This document shows, piece after piece, positions 11,640 through 23,423 of a stretch of 64,000 bases of DNA. The position numbers were made by a program, and so were the translations under genes. The DNA is from Octopus vulgaris (Eukaryota): contig OX597818.1 in the NCBI GenBank assembly GCA_951406725.2, forward strand, positions 49,414,001-49,478,000, read 5' to 3'. The stretch's first letter is position 1; the number at the start of each line of letters is the position of its first letter. Under the pieces are notes generated by a model. That model was not told the origin of the DNA and made no database searches. It saw only the letters and a program-made list of their open reading frames with translations.

Positions 11640-11970
11640 TACTCTTTTATGTGTTTCAGTCATTTGACTGCGGCCATGCTGGAGTGCCGCCTTTAGTTGA
11701 GCAAATTGACCCCAGGACTTATTCTTTGCAAGCCTAGTATTTATTCTATCAGGCTCTTTTGCTGAACTGCTAAGTTACAGGGACAAACATATACACACAC
11801 ATACATACATATATACGACGGGCTTCTTTCAGTTTCCGTCTACCAAATCCACTCACAAGGCTTTGGTCGGCCCAAGGCTATAGTAGAAGACACTTACCCA
11901 AGGTGCCACGCAGTGGGACTGAACCCGGAACCATGTGGTTGGTAAGCAAGCTACTTACCACACAGCCACA
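11640..11970 (-). mobile_element. CORE-like tRNA SINE
   Basis: Same family as 45987-46390. Confidence 0.85.
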
Positions 11971-12516
11971 GGAGTGGGTGTGTCAAGTAAATTTATAGAA
12001 AATTAAAAGACAAAGACAGGTTTAGTTTGATGCTAGGGAAATGAAAAAGTCTTTTTATATTTGAAGCCTACACTTTTCAACAGAGAGGAATAAGAGAAAA
12101 TAAACAGAGAGTGAAAAAAACTTATAGATTTCGGCGGTCCTTATCCTTCTCCTCATCATCATTTAATGTCCATTGTCCATGCTGGCATGGGTTTGACAAC
12201 TTGACCAGGGCTGGTAAGCTGAGAGGCTGCACCAGACTCTAGTCTGATTTGGCAGGGTTTCTATGTTTTGATACCCTTCCTAATGCCAACCACTCCCAGA
12301 TTGTAACAGGTACTTTTACATGCCACTGCCATGTGTGCCAGTTGTGTGACACCAGTATCTGCCATGACTACGACTTCACTGGGTTTGATGGGACTTCTTG
12401 AGCACAGCATTGCTAAAGGTTTTGGTCTTTTGTTCTGTGTAGATATTTAAAAGAATAGATAATTATGTTATGTTGTCATTCCAATTTCTTATTACTGTTC
12501 TGTACTTGACTGATTA

Positions 12517-13145
12517 TCAACTCATTGAATGAACGGATGCAGAAGCTCTAGAAGATCTCGATTTTGCAGATGATATAGCGCTACTTTCACAAACATATAG
12601 CCAAATGCAAAATAAAACGTCAAAATTAGAAGCAATGGCTGCCAAACTAGGATTGAAAGTCAACCTTGACAAATCAAAAGTTATGCATGTTAATGAAGAA
12701 AAAAGCGGTGTTATTGTATGAGGCTGAGACATGGCAAACAACAGTCAAGTCAAATAAGCAAATACAAATCATTCATCAACAGATGCTTGCGTAGTATACT
12801 TAAAATTAGATGGCCGAACACATAAGCAATATGGAGCTATGGCAAAGAACAAATCAAGTTTCGATTAGGGAGAAAATATTTAAGAAAAAGTGGAAGTGGA
12901 TTGGTAGCACAATTAGAAAAGACGCACCAAATGTAGCGAAAAGTGCTTTAAAGTGGAATCCGGATGGATATAGAAAGAGAGGTAGGCCTAAGAACTTGTG
13001 GCGTAGATCAACACAAAAGGAACTAGAGAAAGGGGGACATTCATGACAGAGTATAAGTACAGAAGCGAAAAATTATGCGACATGGAATTCAATTATAAGT
13101 GGCCTATACTCCGCGTTGGAGGGTTAAAGGCAGGTAAAAAAAAAA
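12517..13145 (+). mobile_element. RTE-clade LINE fragment (RT FADD motif, internal deletion, C-terminus, A tail)
   Basis: Translates EDLDFADDIALLS...LGLKVNLDKSKVM and ISNMELWQRT..KWKWIG...WNPDGYRKRGRPK. Confidence 0.88.
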
Positions 13146-13285
13146 ACTTAACTGATATTTTGTTCTGAAGCATTTGTATATTGAGTTCTGATGTCAGGTT
13201 ATTTGTGTGACTGTGCTTAAATGAAATATCAATACGGGATGATAATTGGATAATTTTTTTTTTTTTCCTACAATTTAAATTGCAG

Positions 13286-13437
13286 AAGCTGTGTTTTAGC
13301 CGCTGTAGCCGAGGTGAATTAACTGGTGATAAAATATTGCAGGCATCAACAGTGTGTCACAATTTAACTCATGTTGATGCTAGTTGGTGTTCAGTGACAG
13401 ACTCAGGGTTGTCTGCCATTGCAAAATCCTGTGATAG
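13286..13437 (+). CDS. LRR exon (KLCFSRCS...LTHVDASWCSVTDSGLSAIAKSCDR)
   Basis: LRR motif LxxLxLxxCxxVTDxGL; ttgcAG and AG|GTAAAT. Confidence 0.93.
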
Positions 13438-14539
13438 GTAAATATCAATTAACCAATTTCTCTCCCCCTCTCCTCTCTCTCCCCCTCCTCTCTCCTTCCT
13501 CTCTCTCCCTCCTCTCTATACGATCACATGCTACACACCTTCCTACCAAGCACTGCTGTAAACAGCAGAGGTGAGCTAGAACGTTAAAACTTAGTGCACA
13601 TGCACAGCAGAATTTTTGCCAAGCAGCTTCACTCTGCTGGCTTTAGGTTCATTACTATGGCAACAGTCTAGATACTTATTGATCAAACTCAAACTCAGTT
13701 ACATAGCACAGTACGTATGTGACGAGGCTGGCCCTTTGAATTACAATTTAGTGTAATTCAAATTTTCCTTCAACCTGTAGTGGTGCCTGTAACTAGCCTA
13801 ACCTTTGTTATTTTGTCACATACTCTGATTTCTTCAACTACTTTACCTGTCCATTTCTCTCTCAATTTAATTGCTGTTACTCTTCCAGAGAATTTGTTCA
13901 GCTTTTCTTTGTCCATGAGTAGTCTGGCTGCTGAGATTACTCTCCACATTTCCTCTTGTACACAGCACATATCTACTCACTTCTGCTCTTGCAGCTCAAC
14001 AATCTCTCCTGGCTACCTTCCATTGCTTACCAATATAAAAATACCTGTTTTAGTAATTCATGCAAATGTTTTAATTTTGTAAAGTCTTTAACCTAAGTGA
14101 ATATGAAAAGCTGATTGAAAATCTTTAAATGAAACGAAACTATCATTTATCTCCATAAATATTGTATTTTCCATGCTAATGTTGACAACAGCAGTTCTGA
14201 AGATTTGCACTTAAGGAGAGGAGAGTTTCTGGCATTTGGGTTGTTTGGTGTCTGTTTTCTGCACCTGAAGAGAAAATAGTATGATGGTTGGGGAATTCTC
14301 ACTTAGGGCCAAGTGAAAATACCTTCAATCAAATTAACATTCTCACAATGGAGGCACTTTTAAGACATTTTAGAATTAAGAAAGTAAATACAGGTTATAT
14401 GATTAAGATGAGTTTCAAGAACTGTCTGTAATTAATAAATAAATGAGATTATAGCAAAGTGACCAAGAAGAAGTAAGTGAACAAGACGATTTTTTTAGTC
14501 TGATACAAATGTAATTGGATGTCAAATTTATGATTTCAG

Positions 14540-14620
14540 GTTGGAAAGTTTATGCTTAAATGGTTGTGGATTGATGTCAGACAATGGGTTGAAAATACTG
14601 GTATCGAAACATTCGGAAAG
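14540..14620 (+). CDS. LRR exon (LESLCLNGCGLMSDNGLKILVSKHSES)
   Basis: One LRR; tttcAG and AAG|GTGTGC; phase 2-2. Confidence 0.92.
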
Positions 14621-15007
14621 GTGTGCAAGATTTATTCTTTTTTGAAATTGCTTATGTTGAATTCAGTTTTTTTTTCTGTATGATGTGTTAATCTCAATTA
14701 ATTTAGAAGTTGAGAATTTTAAAAAATTGCTTTCAAATGTTTATTTTATTTATAACAATCTATATAATGAAAAAGTATTTGTGTGTGTGTGTGTGTGTGT
14801 GCTTTTAAATTAAAATGTGGATCTAAATTCAATGTTACCATGATCAACTAATTATTTAAAAATATTCTAACTATATGACTAATTGGGGTTGTTATTGATG
14901 TAGGTTTAAAATGAACAGATTACTAGTTGAATTATTGAAATTGTCATTTGGTTTTAAAACCTGTATGCAATTGTTGAAATGTATAATTTTTTTTTTCTAC
15001 ATTTCAG

Positions 15008-15119
15008 TTTACAAGAATTAGAAATGTTTGGCTGTTTTAACATCACTTCTCGAGGAATCCGGCACCTTGCTAGTGTATGCACTAATCTACGCACCTTACA
15101 GCTAGGACAATGTTATAAG
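15008..15119 (+). CDS. LRR exon (LQELEMFGCFNITSRGIRHLASVCTNLRTLQLGQCYK)
   Basis: LRR motifs; tttcAG and AAG|GTAATG. Confidence 0.93.
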
Positions 15120-16297
15120 GTAATGTTCGTCTCTTGTTCTGTGTCTTAAGAAATGCATGAAAAATCATATTCAATGTGCTTCAAACATATTTCAGACTTG
15201 CTGCAAAATGGTAACTGTTTAGGGAAGAAGGGTTGTAATTACAAGTTTTTGTTCCCTCAGATCAAGTTCAGCAACTCTGTAGGAAATGTTTGAACTGTGT
15301 GTGTGTGAGTGTGTGTGTACACAAGTTTGCACATAAATGCGAAGCAAGGTGGAAAAAATAGTCAAGTACCAAAAGTAGAATAACATACTAGTTATTAAAA
15401 CCAAAATAAATCTTCACAAAATGGTACCCAGTTTTATGAGACCATTCACTAGACAGTTGTGGTGATAACCGAATAAAAAAATATATATTTGTGTATATAT
15501 TGTATTTATATTTGTGTAACATTGTTTTTTTCTGTCCTTGTTTTTGTATACATTCAATGCTTTCTTCCAAGGAATCTAATGCTCTTAGCTTAGTTTTTCC
15601 TTGGGGCTGGTCAGATTGGAGCAATCTCAAGATTAATCTGCCGAAATTGCGAGGATGATCTGGTTCTTGACTGAGCTTTGAATGACCCGTCCTTGTTTTT
15701 TGTATAATCTATCTGGATGTCCTTTTTGTATCATCTAGTTGTCTGGATGTTTTGCATTCTTGTCCCTTTTTGTATTATATATATATATATAAACATTAAT
15801 TTACCAGTTTTATAGTAGACTGCTTATTTGCAGCCATATGTAAACAATACAATGATGGTTTCAACTACAATCTTGCCAGAAGAGAAATCTAAAGGAAATT
15901 ATGAGACGGAAATTTTAAAAAATGATAAATAATAAAGCCCACTGATAGAACCAAACAGTGAAATTTTTGGTAAGAGTTGTTGCCCATGATTTGCCAAGAG
16001 AAACTACAACATAAAATATTTTAGGCTGATACGGGCTTAAGGTTTCTGAGAGATGTATTGCCCATCATAAATTGAACCAAACCTTTAAAAGAGTAAATTA
16101 ACATTCACTTTTCCATGTTTGCATAAGTTAGATAAAATTTTATGAAGCAGATTTTCTTCCAAATGCCAACTCTGACTAGTTTCCAAGCAAAGTAATATCT
16201 CCCCATGGCCAGACAGTTTTCATGGAATATTGGAAAGAAATGAACAAAACCACTTATATTTCCTTAACAGCCATCATGTGATGTCAAGATAGGAAAT

Positions 16298-16299
16298 AC

Positions 16300-16357
<58 letters not shown>
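16298..16357. repeat. (CA)n microsatellite
   Basis: Direct reading. Confidence 0.95.
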
Positions 16358-16360
<3 letters not shown>

Positions 16361-16629
16361 CATATATGACGGCTTCGTTCAGTTTCTGTCTACCAAATCC
16401 ATTCTTCTCAAGTCTTTGGTCATCCTGGGACAATAGTGGCAGACACTTTTCCAAGATGTCACACAGTGGGATTGAACTGGATATCATGTGGTTGGGAAGT
16501 AAGCTTCTTAACTACAAGTCATGAGGAACTGAGAAGCATCACCAGACATTTATACAGATATTTTGAGAAAGACAGAAAGAAATGAAATTGTCTCTTTTAC
16601 AATTTTGATGAAATATTAATAATATCACA

Positions 16630-16938
16630 TCGCCTTACTGACACTTGTGCCGGTGGCATGTGAAAAACATTTGAGCGAGGTCATTGCCAGTGCTGGTGGC
16701 ATGTAAAAGACACCATTTGAGTATGGCCATTGCCAGTACCGCCTGACTGGCTCTCTTGCCAGTGGGACGTAAAAGCACCCACTACACTTTCAGAGTGGTT
16801 GGCATTAGGAAGGGCATCCAGCTGTAGAAACTCTGCCAGATCAAGATTGGAGCCTGGTGTAGCCATCTGGTTTGCCAGTCCTCAGTCAAATCGTCCAACC
16901 CATGCCAGCATGGAAAGCGGACGTTAAACAATGATGAT
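16630..16938 (+). mobile_element. RTE LINE 3' UTR fragment
   Basis: TGCCAGTGGCACGTAAAAGCACC-type repeats, conserved tail and (GAT)n. Confidence 0.75.
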
Positions 16939-17360
16939 AAATCATATTACATTTGCCATGCAAAAATTCCTAAAGGCCTGCATGCAGCCTTTGTACATCC
17001 AGTTGCTTATACTTCATTTTAATGTATATATTATGAACATTAACTAGTATTTCACATTGAGAAATATGCTACACTTGCACAATGGCAAACCTTTTCATTT
17101 TTATTTTAATTGCCTATCAGAATTACTTTCTTTTTTTTTTTTAATTGAAGTGTTTTTAATGAGAACACTCATATACAACTGTCTCTGAAGAATGTTGTAT
17201 GCTTCTTGAAGAAACACAAAAGATTTGTTGTATATGGGGATGATCAAGGCATGTGTTGTTTTCTTTGCTGTTTCAAGGTACTTCATGTACAGAATATGGA
17301 ATACATTGGCATTATTAGATATGATGGTTCTAATTGATATTATTGTTTTCTATTGCTTAG

Positions 17361-17438
17361 CTGACAGATTCCTGCATTGCTGAAGTATCAAGTAGTTTAT
17401 GCTGCGTTCAAAACTTGGATCTCAGGGGTTGTAAGCAG
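17361..17438 (+). CDS. LRR exon (LTDSCIAEVSSSLCCVQNLDLRGCKQ)
   Basis: 26-codon LRR, phase 0-0; cttAG and CAG|GTAATA. Confidence 0.93.
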
Positions 17439-17692
17439 GTAATAACTTTTTTTCTTTTATGTGACTTTAGTTCGTTGTACTCACATAGAAATCTAAAATT
17501 TGTTTTGCTAAGTTATAACTTTATTGGAACACCTTAGAAATAAAACTTCATCCTACAGTTTTTATTGGCAATCAATTTGACATGATTATAATTTCAGTTT
17601 TCTTTAAAGAAATAAAGTATCTGGGATTCAGAAACGTCTATAAGTTATTTGTTTAGCCTTAAGTTAGTCTTCATTAAACAGAACTTGATTAA

Positions 17693-17911
17693 CCCTTCCG
17701 TTACTGTTTATTTTGAGATGCTCTCTGTTTCTTTCAATTAATTTTAAATATAACAAAGAATTTAGTAAAATAACTTAGTTATCATTCAGCTAGTATTAGG
17801 AACATAAATTGTGACAAAGGTTTGGTGGAAGATTTTAATTCAAAACTTATGAAAACAAGACATTTGTACTTGGAGCCAGAGCCAGTTTCAGCCGGGTTGG
17901 GAACGAAAGGG
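17693..17911. mobile_element. piggyBac-type MITE
   Basis: TTAA|CCCTT...AAGGG|TTAA; second copy at 54028-54244. Confidence 0.85.
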
Positions 17912-18211
17912 TTAAGGGACGGACGTTCCAGTGATGACTATCTAATTTTTTTAAGGCATATTTATGGTGAGGGTAAGGGCTCATATTATCTGATGTTTCC
18001 TTTATAAGATGATAGTTTGGCTTGGAGGGAAATTTGGTTACTATTTCTTGCAGATTAGGTGACTGTAGATTCTCATGTCTATGTGGCTCAGTACAGTTCA
18101 GGTAAAAAAAACACTAAAGACATCTGTAATTACTAGTAGTAATATGAGCTAACCCCTACATGATCACTTGACCTATTAGAGGTAATAACCAAATCTGTTT
18201 CAAATCATACA

Positions 18212-18540
18212 ATCATCATCATCATCGTTTAACATCCATTTTCCATGCTAGCATGGGTTAGATGGTTCAACCGGGGTCTGGGAAGCCAGGAGGCTGCACC
18301 AGGCTCCAGTCTGATCTGGCAGTGTTTCTAGAGCTGGATGCCCTTCCTAACGCCAACTACTCCATGAGTACAGTGGGTGCTTTTTATGTGCCACCGGCAC
18401 AGGGGCCAGGGGAGGCTGGAAAACGGCCATGATGGGTTGGTGCTTTTACGTGTCACCGACGCCAGTCAGGCGGCGCTGGCATCTGCCACGTTTGGGCGGT
18501 GCTTTTTACATGTCACTGGCACGGGTATCTTAACTACAAT
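18212..18540 (-). mobile_element. RTE LINE 3' UTR fragment
   Basis: (CAT)n tail then reverse complement of the conserved RTE 3' end; similar copies near 11352, 12150, 21229, 24272 and 33710. Confidence 0.75.
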
Positions 18541-18804
18541 TTCCATTTGATTTTTATTTTGATGTTGGTGTTGACAATGGTAATAATAAAAGAAAGTTAA
18601 CTTTTAAATATAATTAGTAAAAAAAAGGGGTAATTACAGCTGGAATATCTTTGATCAAAGGGTTGAAGATGATCTGGAGTTAAGCAACAAATATAAATAC
18701 ATATCAAAATTATTTTTTACTCATCAGTAAGAATAATATTGCATCATAAAAATTTAATGATGAGGAATTATTTAATTTTCTTTGTTTATTTCTTTTTGTT
18801 TTAG

Positions 18805-18932
18805 ATCAAAGATAGTTGTATTGAAAAGATTGTTGCTAACTGTTCCCGGTTACACACTTTAGCATTGGCCAATTGTCCAAATATTAGTAACAATGCTATG
18901 CAAAAGATAGCTTCCACTCTTCCAGGTATCCG
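18805..18932 (+). CDS. LRR exon (IKDSCIEKIVANCSRLHTLALANCPNISNNAMQKIASTLPGIR)
   Basis: LRR motifs; ttttAG and CG|GTAAGT. Confidence 0.93.
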
Positions 18933-19474
18933 GTAAGTCCGTTTTGACATAAATTTATACACAATTACAAAAATAAAAAAAGATATTGAGAATTTTTATC
19001 AGAATTTGGAAATTGTCTGATGTTCCATTTGTAAAGCATTAACTGATTGAGTGAACATAGTGGTTCAACAAACACTGCATATTAAGTTGGGTGATGGATT
19101 CATAGAGATGTTAGTAGGCCCCAAGTTCAAATCTTGATGTGCTTGCTTTGCCTGTCATCCTTTGAGTCGCTAAAATAAGAATACAAGGGCTGTTTGAATC
19201 TATGGGCTTATACACTGTCAAATAATTGACTTCATGTTCCTAAGTACATCTTCATTATTTAATAACCAGCTTCCATTCTGGCATGGGTTGAATAATTTGA
19301 CAGGATTTGATGTGTTTGGGAGTTGAATTCAACACTGCCAGCTAAAAGGACACTTGTCAATGTAATAGTGCTGCTAGAACTTGCAATTGTGATCTGTACC
19401 ACTCTGCAGTTCCACTAACAACTGCTGGTGCTGCTTTACTGAAATGGTACCACTTTGAGGTCTTACTTTAAACT

Positions 19475-19855
19475 GGCAAGCTGGCAGAAACATTAGCACG
19501 CCGGGCGAAATGCTTGGCAGTATTTCGTCTGTCTTTATGTTCTGAGTTCAAATTCTGCCAAGGTCGACTTTGCCTTTCATTCTTTCGGGGTCGATTAAAT
19601 ATGTACCTGTTACGCACTGGAGTCGATATAATCGACTTAATCTGTTTGTCCTCTCTGTGTTTAGCCCCTTGTGGGTAGTAAAGAAATAGGTATTTTGTCT
19701 GTCTTTACGTTCTGAGTTCAAATTCTACAAAGGTCGACTTTGCTTTTCATCCTTTCGGGGTCGATAAATTAAGTACCAGTTGTGTACCGGAGTTGATCTA
19801 ATCGACTGGCCTCCTCCCCAAAAATTTCGGGCCTTATGCCTAGTATAGAAAAGAA
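19475..19855 (+). mobile_element. Dimeric MetaSINE-like element
   Basis: Head CTGGCAGAAACATTAGCACGCCGGGCGAAATG followed by two copies of the GTTCAAATTC..CCTTTCATCCTTTCGGGGTCGA unit. Confidence 0.8.
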
Positions 19856-20429
19856 TATTGATCTTTACCATTCTATGAACTTTGTATTTCGAAATAGACT
19901 TCTTGTTTGATTGTCAAAAGCTCTATCAACCTGGCTAATCCATGCACATTCACATACAACTAACAGCCTCTGATTCGGATAACTAAGTCAGTCAACTGCA
20001 AATAAGTTTATCCTTGTTTAATTTAAATAAATACTTTTTTTAAATGATATGAAAAGCGGAGTAAGGTAACAAAATGAATTAGTGGACTAAAATATAAATA
20101 TTTAACTTCACCACCAATTTCCAAATTTTACTTTTCACTGATGACTTTCTGTTTTGTTATAGACCATCAGTTTTCTAACATAATTAATGCATCAAAATAA
20201 TTAAATCAGTATCATCGTCGTTATATATCTTGTAGTAGTTTCATTCCTCTGTATTCTGCATTCATCCGTATAAGATAGATGAAATTAGATGCAGTCATAA
20301 ACTGGACTTTATTCAGTAGACTGTTTCCCTATTCTACAATGCATGTCTTATGCCAATGTAAAAAAAATTACATTTAATCAGACAATAGTTTCAGAAATTT
20401 CCCAAGACAAATATTTGGATAATACAGTT

Positions 20430-20777
20430 CTATATTTGAGAGATGAGGAATTATGTACATTATTTACAATTGACGGATATTTGTCCTCATCTTGTTTGTT
20501 GTTAACACAATGTTTCGGCTGATGTACCCTCCAGCCTTCATCATGGGCATATGGCGTAGTGGTTAAGAGTGTGGGCTACTAACCTTAAGATTCCAAGTTC
20601 GATTCCAGGCAGTGACCTGAATAATAATAATAATAACAACATCAAAAAATACCTTAGGAATGAGAACCCAGGTTTGAAATTTCCCCAAGACACCTGACGA
20701 AGGCTGGAGGTTATATCAGCTGAAACGTTGTGTTAACAACAAACAAGATGAGGGCAAATATCCGTCAATTGTAAATA
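20430..20777 (+). mobile_element. tRNA-headed SINE-like element with hammerhead-ribozyme motif and Penelope-like inverted 3' copy
   Basis: A box 20552-20562, B box 20597-20606; CTGACGA 20694-20700 and GAAAC 20722-20726; inverted arms 20461-20543 / 20695-20777. Confidence 0.75.
20689..20734 (+). ncRNA. Candidate minimal type I hammerhead ribozyme
   Basis: Stem I GACAC/GTGTT, core CUGACGA(A), stem II GGCTG/CAGCT, GAAA, palindromic AACGTT stem III, GUU cleavage triplet. Confidence 0.55.
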
Positions 20778-21037
20778 TTTAGATGGTGTTATTATTTTCA
20801 GATCATTTTTATTTGAATTTATTCTTTATAATTACTAAACTTTATTTTAAAAATATTTCCAGTACTTATATGGAATCCTTAAGTCAGATGAAATATCAAG
20901 GTCTGACAACTCTTCAGATAGAACAATTGTTCTGAAAGATTCTTGATTTATCATGTTCCAAGTGATTGTTTCTATCTCCAAACATAGTCTTATGTTGTTC
21001 ATTTAAATTGTTCTTCTTGTCATTTTTCCCCTTCAAG

Positions 21038-21154
21038 GAGTATTGATGTTTGTGGATGCAAGCTAATCACAGACGAGAGTGTAAACCGATTAGCTACCAA
21101 CTGTCGCCAGCTTGTTTATTTAGATATCAGTTCTACAGGCTGCACATACAAAAG
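21038..21154 (+). CDS. LRR exon (SIDVCGCKLITDESVNRLATNCRQLVYLDISSTGCTYKS)
   Basis: LRR motifs; AAG acceptor after a pyrimidine tract, AAG|GTAAGA donor. Confidence 0.92.
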
Positions 21155-21629
21155 GTAAGAATTTTAACCATCATTGTTCAGGAAAGTTCTTTTTCGTAAT
21201 ATAAAGTGAATGCTTTAGGTTTAATTTATCATCAGCATCATCATCATCATCGTTTAACGTCCGCTTCCCATGCTAGCATGGGTTGGACGGTTCAACTGGG
21301 GTCTGGGAAGCCAAGAGGCTGCACCAGGCTCCAGTCTGATCTGGTAGTGTTTCTACAGCTGGATGCCTTTCCTAATGCCAACCACTCTGAGAGTGTAGTG
21401 GGTGCTTTTTACATGCCACCGGCACAGGTGCCAGACAAGGCTGGCAATGGCCATGATCGGTTGGTGCTTTTTACATGCTACCGGCACAGAGGCCAGTCGG
21501 TGCGGCGCTGGCAACGGCCACGTTCGGATGGTTCTCTTACGTGCCACCGGCACTGGTATCACAACTACAATTTCCATACCTGAACAATATCTGTTTCTCA
21601 GAAAAATTACAAAAGCATGGTTGATTTCA

Positions 21630-21946
21630 TGGAGGCGCAATGGCCCAGTGGTTAGGGCAGCAGACTCACGGTCAGAGGATCGCGGTTTTGATTCCCAGAC
21701 CAGGTGTTGTGTGTGTTTATTGAGCGAAAACAGCTAACGCTCTACGAGGCTCTGGCAGTGGGTGGTGGCGACCCGACCCCTGTTGTACTCTTTCGCCCCA
21801 ACTTTCTCTCTTTCTTCCTGTTTCTCGAGTAACACTGCAATGGACTGGCGTCCCATCCAGCTGGGGGGAACACATACGCCACAGAAACCAGGAAACCGGG
21901 CCAATGAGCCTGGCTCAGCTTGAAAAGGGCGCATAAATAAATAAAA
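21630..21946 (+). mobile_element. tRNA-derived V-type SINE
   Basis: A box TGGCCCAGTGG, V-like TGCAATGGACTGGCGTCCCATCCAG, (AATA)n tail, TSD ATG(G/A)TTGATTTCAT. Confidence 0.85.
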
Positions 21947-22541
21947 ATGATTGATTTCATTATTTGGATTTTTGTAAGGCATTAATGCAAACAGCACTTT
22001 GAATGAAACCTAATGATTTACTTCATAAACCACAAGTTTGAAAAAGGAACATAAAAGTGTTTAAAATTTTGTAGGTACAGGTATGACTGTGGTTAAGAAA
22101 ATCACTTTACAACCTTGTGGTTTCAGGTTCGGTCCCAAAGTGCAGCACCTTGGACAAGTGTCTTCTACTATAGCTCTGGGCCAACCAATGCTTTATGAGT
22201 GAATTTGGCTGACAGAAACTCTGGAAGCCTGTTGTACATATATAGATTTTATGTATCAAAATGTTCAATTTACTTTCTTCAAACTTTTTCACATTGTGAT
22301 TATAAAAAAAATAAGAGTTTATCAAGTGGTGTATCATAAGTACCATTTTCTCAAAAAACTGAAATTACGTAAAAGAACAGGTGTTTGAAAATGAATTAGG
22401 AGAATACTTTGTGAAATAAATAAAATTTTAAGAATTAATATGATCTATTATTTTCTTTAATATGGGATTATTGCATTAATTTTACAGAGATGTACTTGCA
22501 TAGCAAGTGACCTGATCTGAGATCGTGTGCTGCAACGAAAA

Positions 22542-22801
22542 CAATTGCAGTGTGGAAGGTGTTTATAAGCCATTTAAGAAACACACAAAATCTGTTAGAT
22601 TTAAATTTAATTTGTCAAAATATTTTCGTTGCTTTGAGACCACAACCTGTTCACTGATAAAATTCCGTGCTGCATCGGAATTTCATCAGTAAACAGGTCG
22701 CGGTCTCAAAGCGACGAAAATATTTTGACAAATTAAATTTAAATCTAACAGATTTTGTGTGTTTCTTAAATGGCTTATAAACACCTTCCATGTTACAATT
22801 G
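22542..22801. repeat. 260-bp imperfect palindrome in an intron
   Basis: Arms of about 126 bp are reverse complements around a TGCTGCAT loop. Confidence 0.9.
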
Positions 22802-22885
22802 CATTAATTTTATTTTAGTATTTCTAATATTTCATTTTTTATTTATTTTCTTTTTGTATTTTCATTCTTTATCTTTTTAAAATAG

Positions 22886-22996
22886 TATATGCAGACTAGC
22901 TGAACAGGGATCAAATGATCTTGAAACTTTAAAACTTAATTTTATTACTGGAATTACTGAGACCAGTCTAACAAAACTCACTAATAGTTGTAAAAG
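22886..22996 (+). CDS. LRR exon (ICRLAEQGSNDLETLKLNFITGITETSLTKLTNSCKR)
   Basis: LRR motif; aatAG and AAG|GTTAGT; phase 2-2. Confidence 0.9.
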
Positions 22997-23129
22997 GTTA
23001 GTATTGTAATTAATTTTTCGCCTTCTAAAATTTCTCTGTATGTCTTTCATGATTTCTGTATGTTTTGAGTGATTAGATTTCCAGTCTTGAAAGAATTAAT
23101 CTTATAATAATGTATAATGTAGTCTAGAA

Positions 23130-23423
23130 CCCCTTGGGGTGCGACGGTCACCTAGAGCGTGACTGTCCAGCGTGGTCTGACCCGTACATTCACTCAGGAA
23201 CGGGTCGCGACGACGGATCGGAGGGGAAGTGTGTCTGATGCCGGCACCCCAGAAATCGAACACTGATGAGGCTGCAGACAAGCGGCCGCCACCGGCACGT
23301 TCGTCAGCAACGACGGCGCCTCGGCAGGAAGCAGCGGACTGAGTCCCCTTGCGATTGCGGTGAGCGGTCCTACCCGTTTACCCCTGGGCAGTTTCACGGT
23401 CTCTTGAACTCTCTCTTCAAAGT
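23130..23423 (-). pseudogene. 28S rRNA fragment (conserved core leading into the D2 expansion segment)
   Basis: Reverse complement starts ACTTTGAAGAGAGAGTTCAAGAGACCGTGAAACTGCCCAGGGGTAAACGGGT, matching eukaryotic LSU consensus; GC-rich island in an AT-rich intron. Confidence 0.88.

Noticed and set aside
20545-20617. tRNA gene calls at SINE heads (also near 3935-4007, 21630-21705, 51671-51745)
   Set aside because: A/B boxes are present but there is no intact cloverleaf, and each continues into a SINE body.
23194-23397. GC-rich 67-aa ORF or CpG-island promoter
   Set aside because: Explained by the 28S rRNA fragment.
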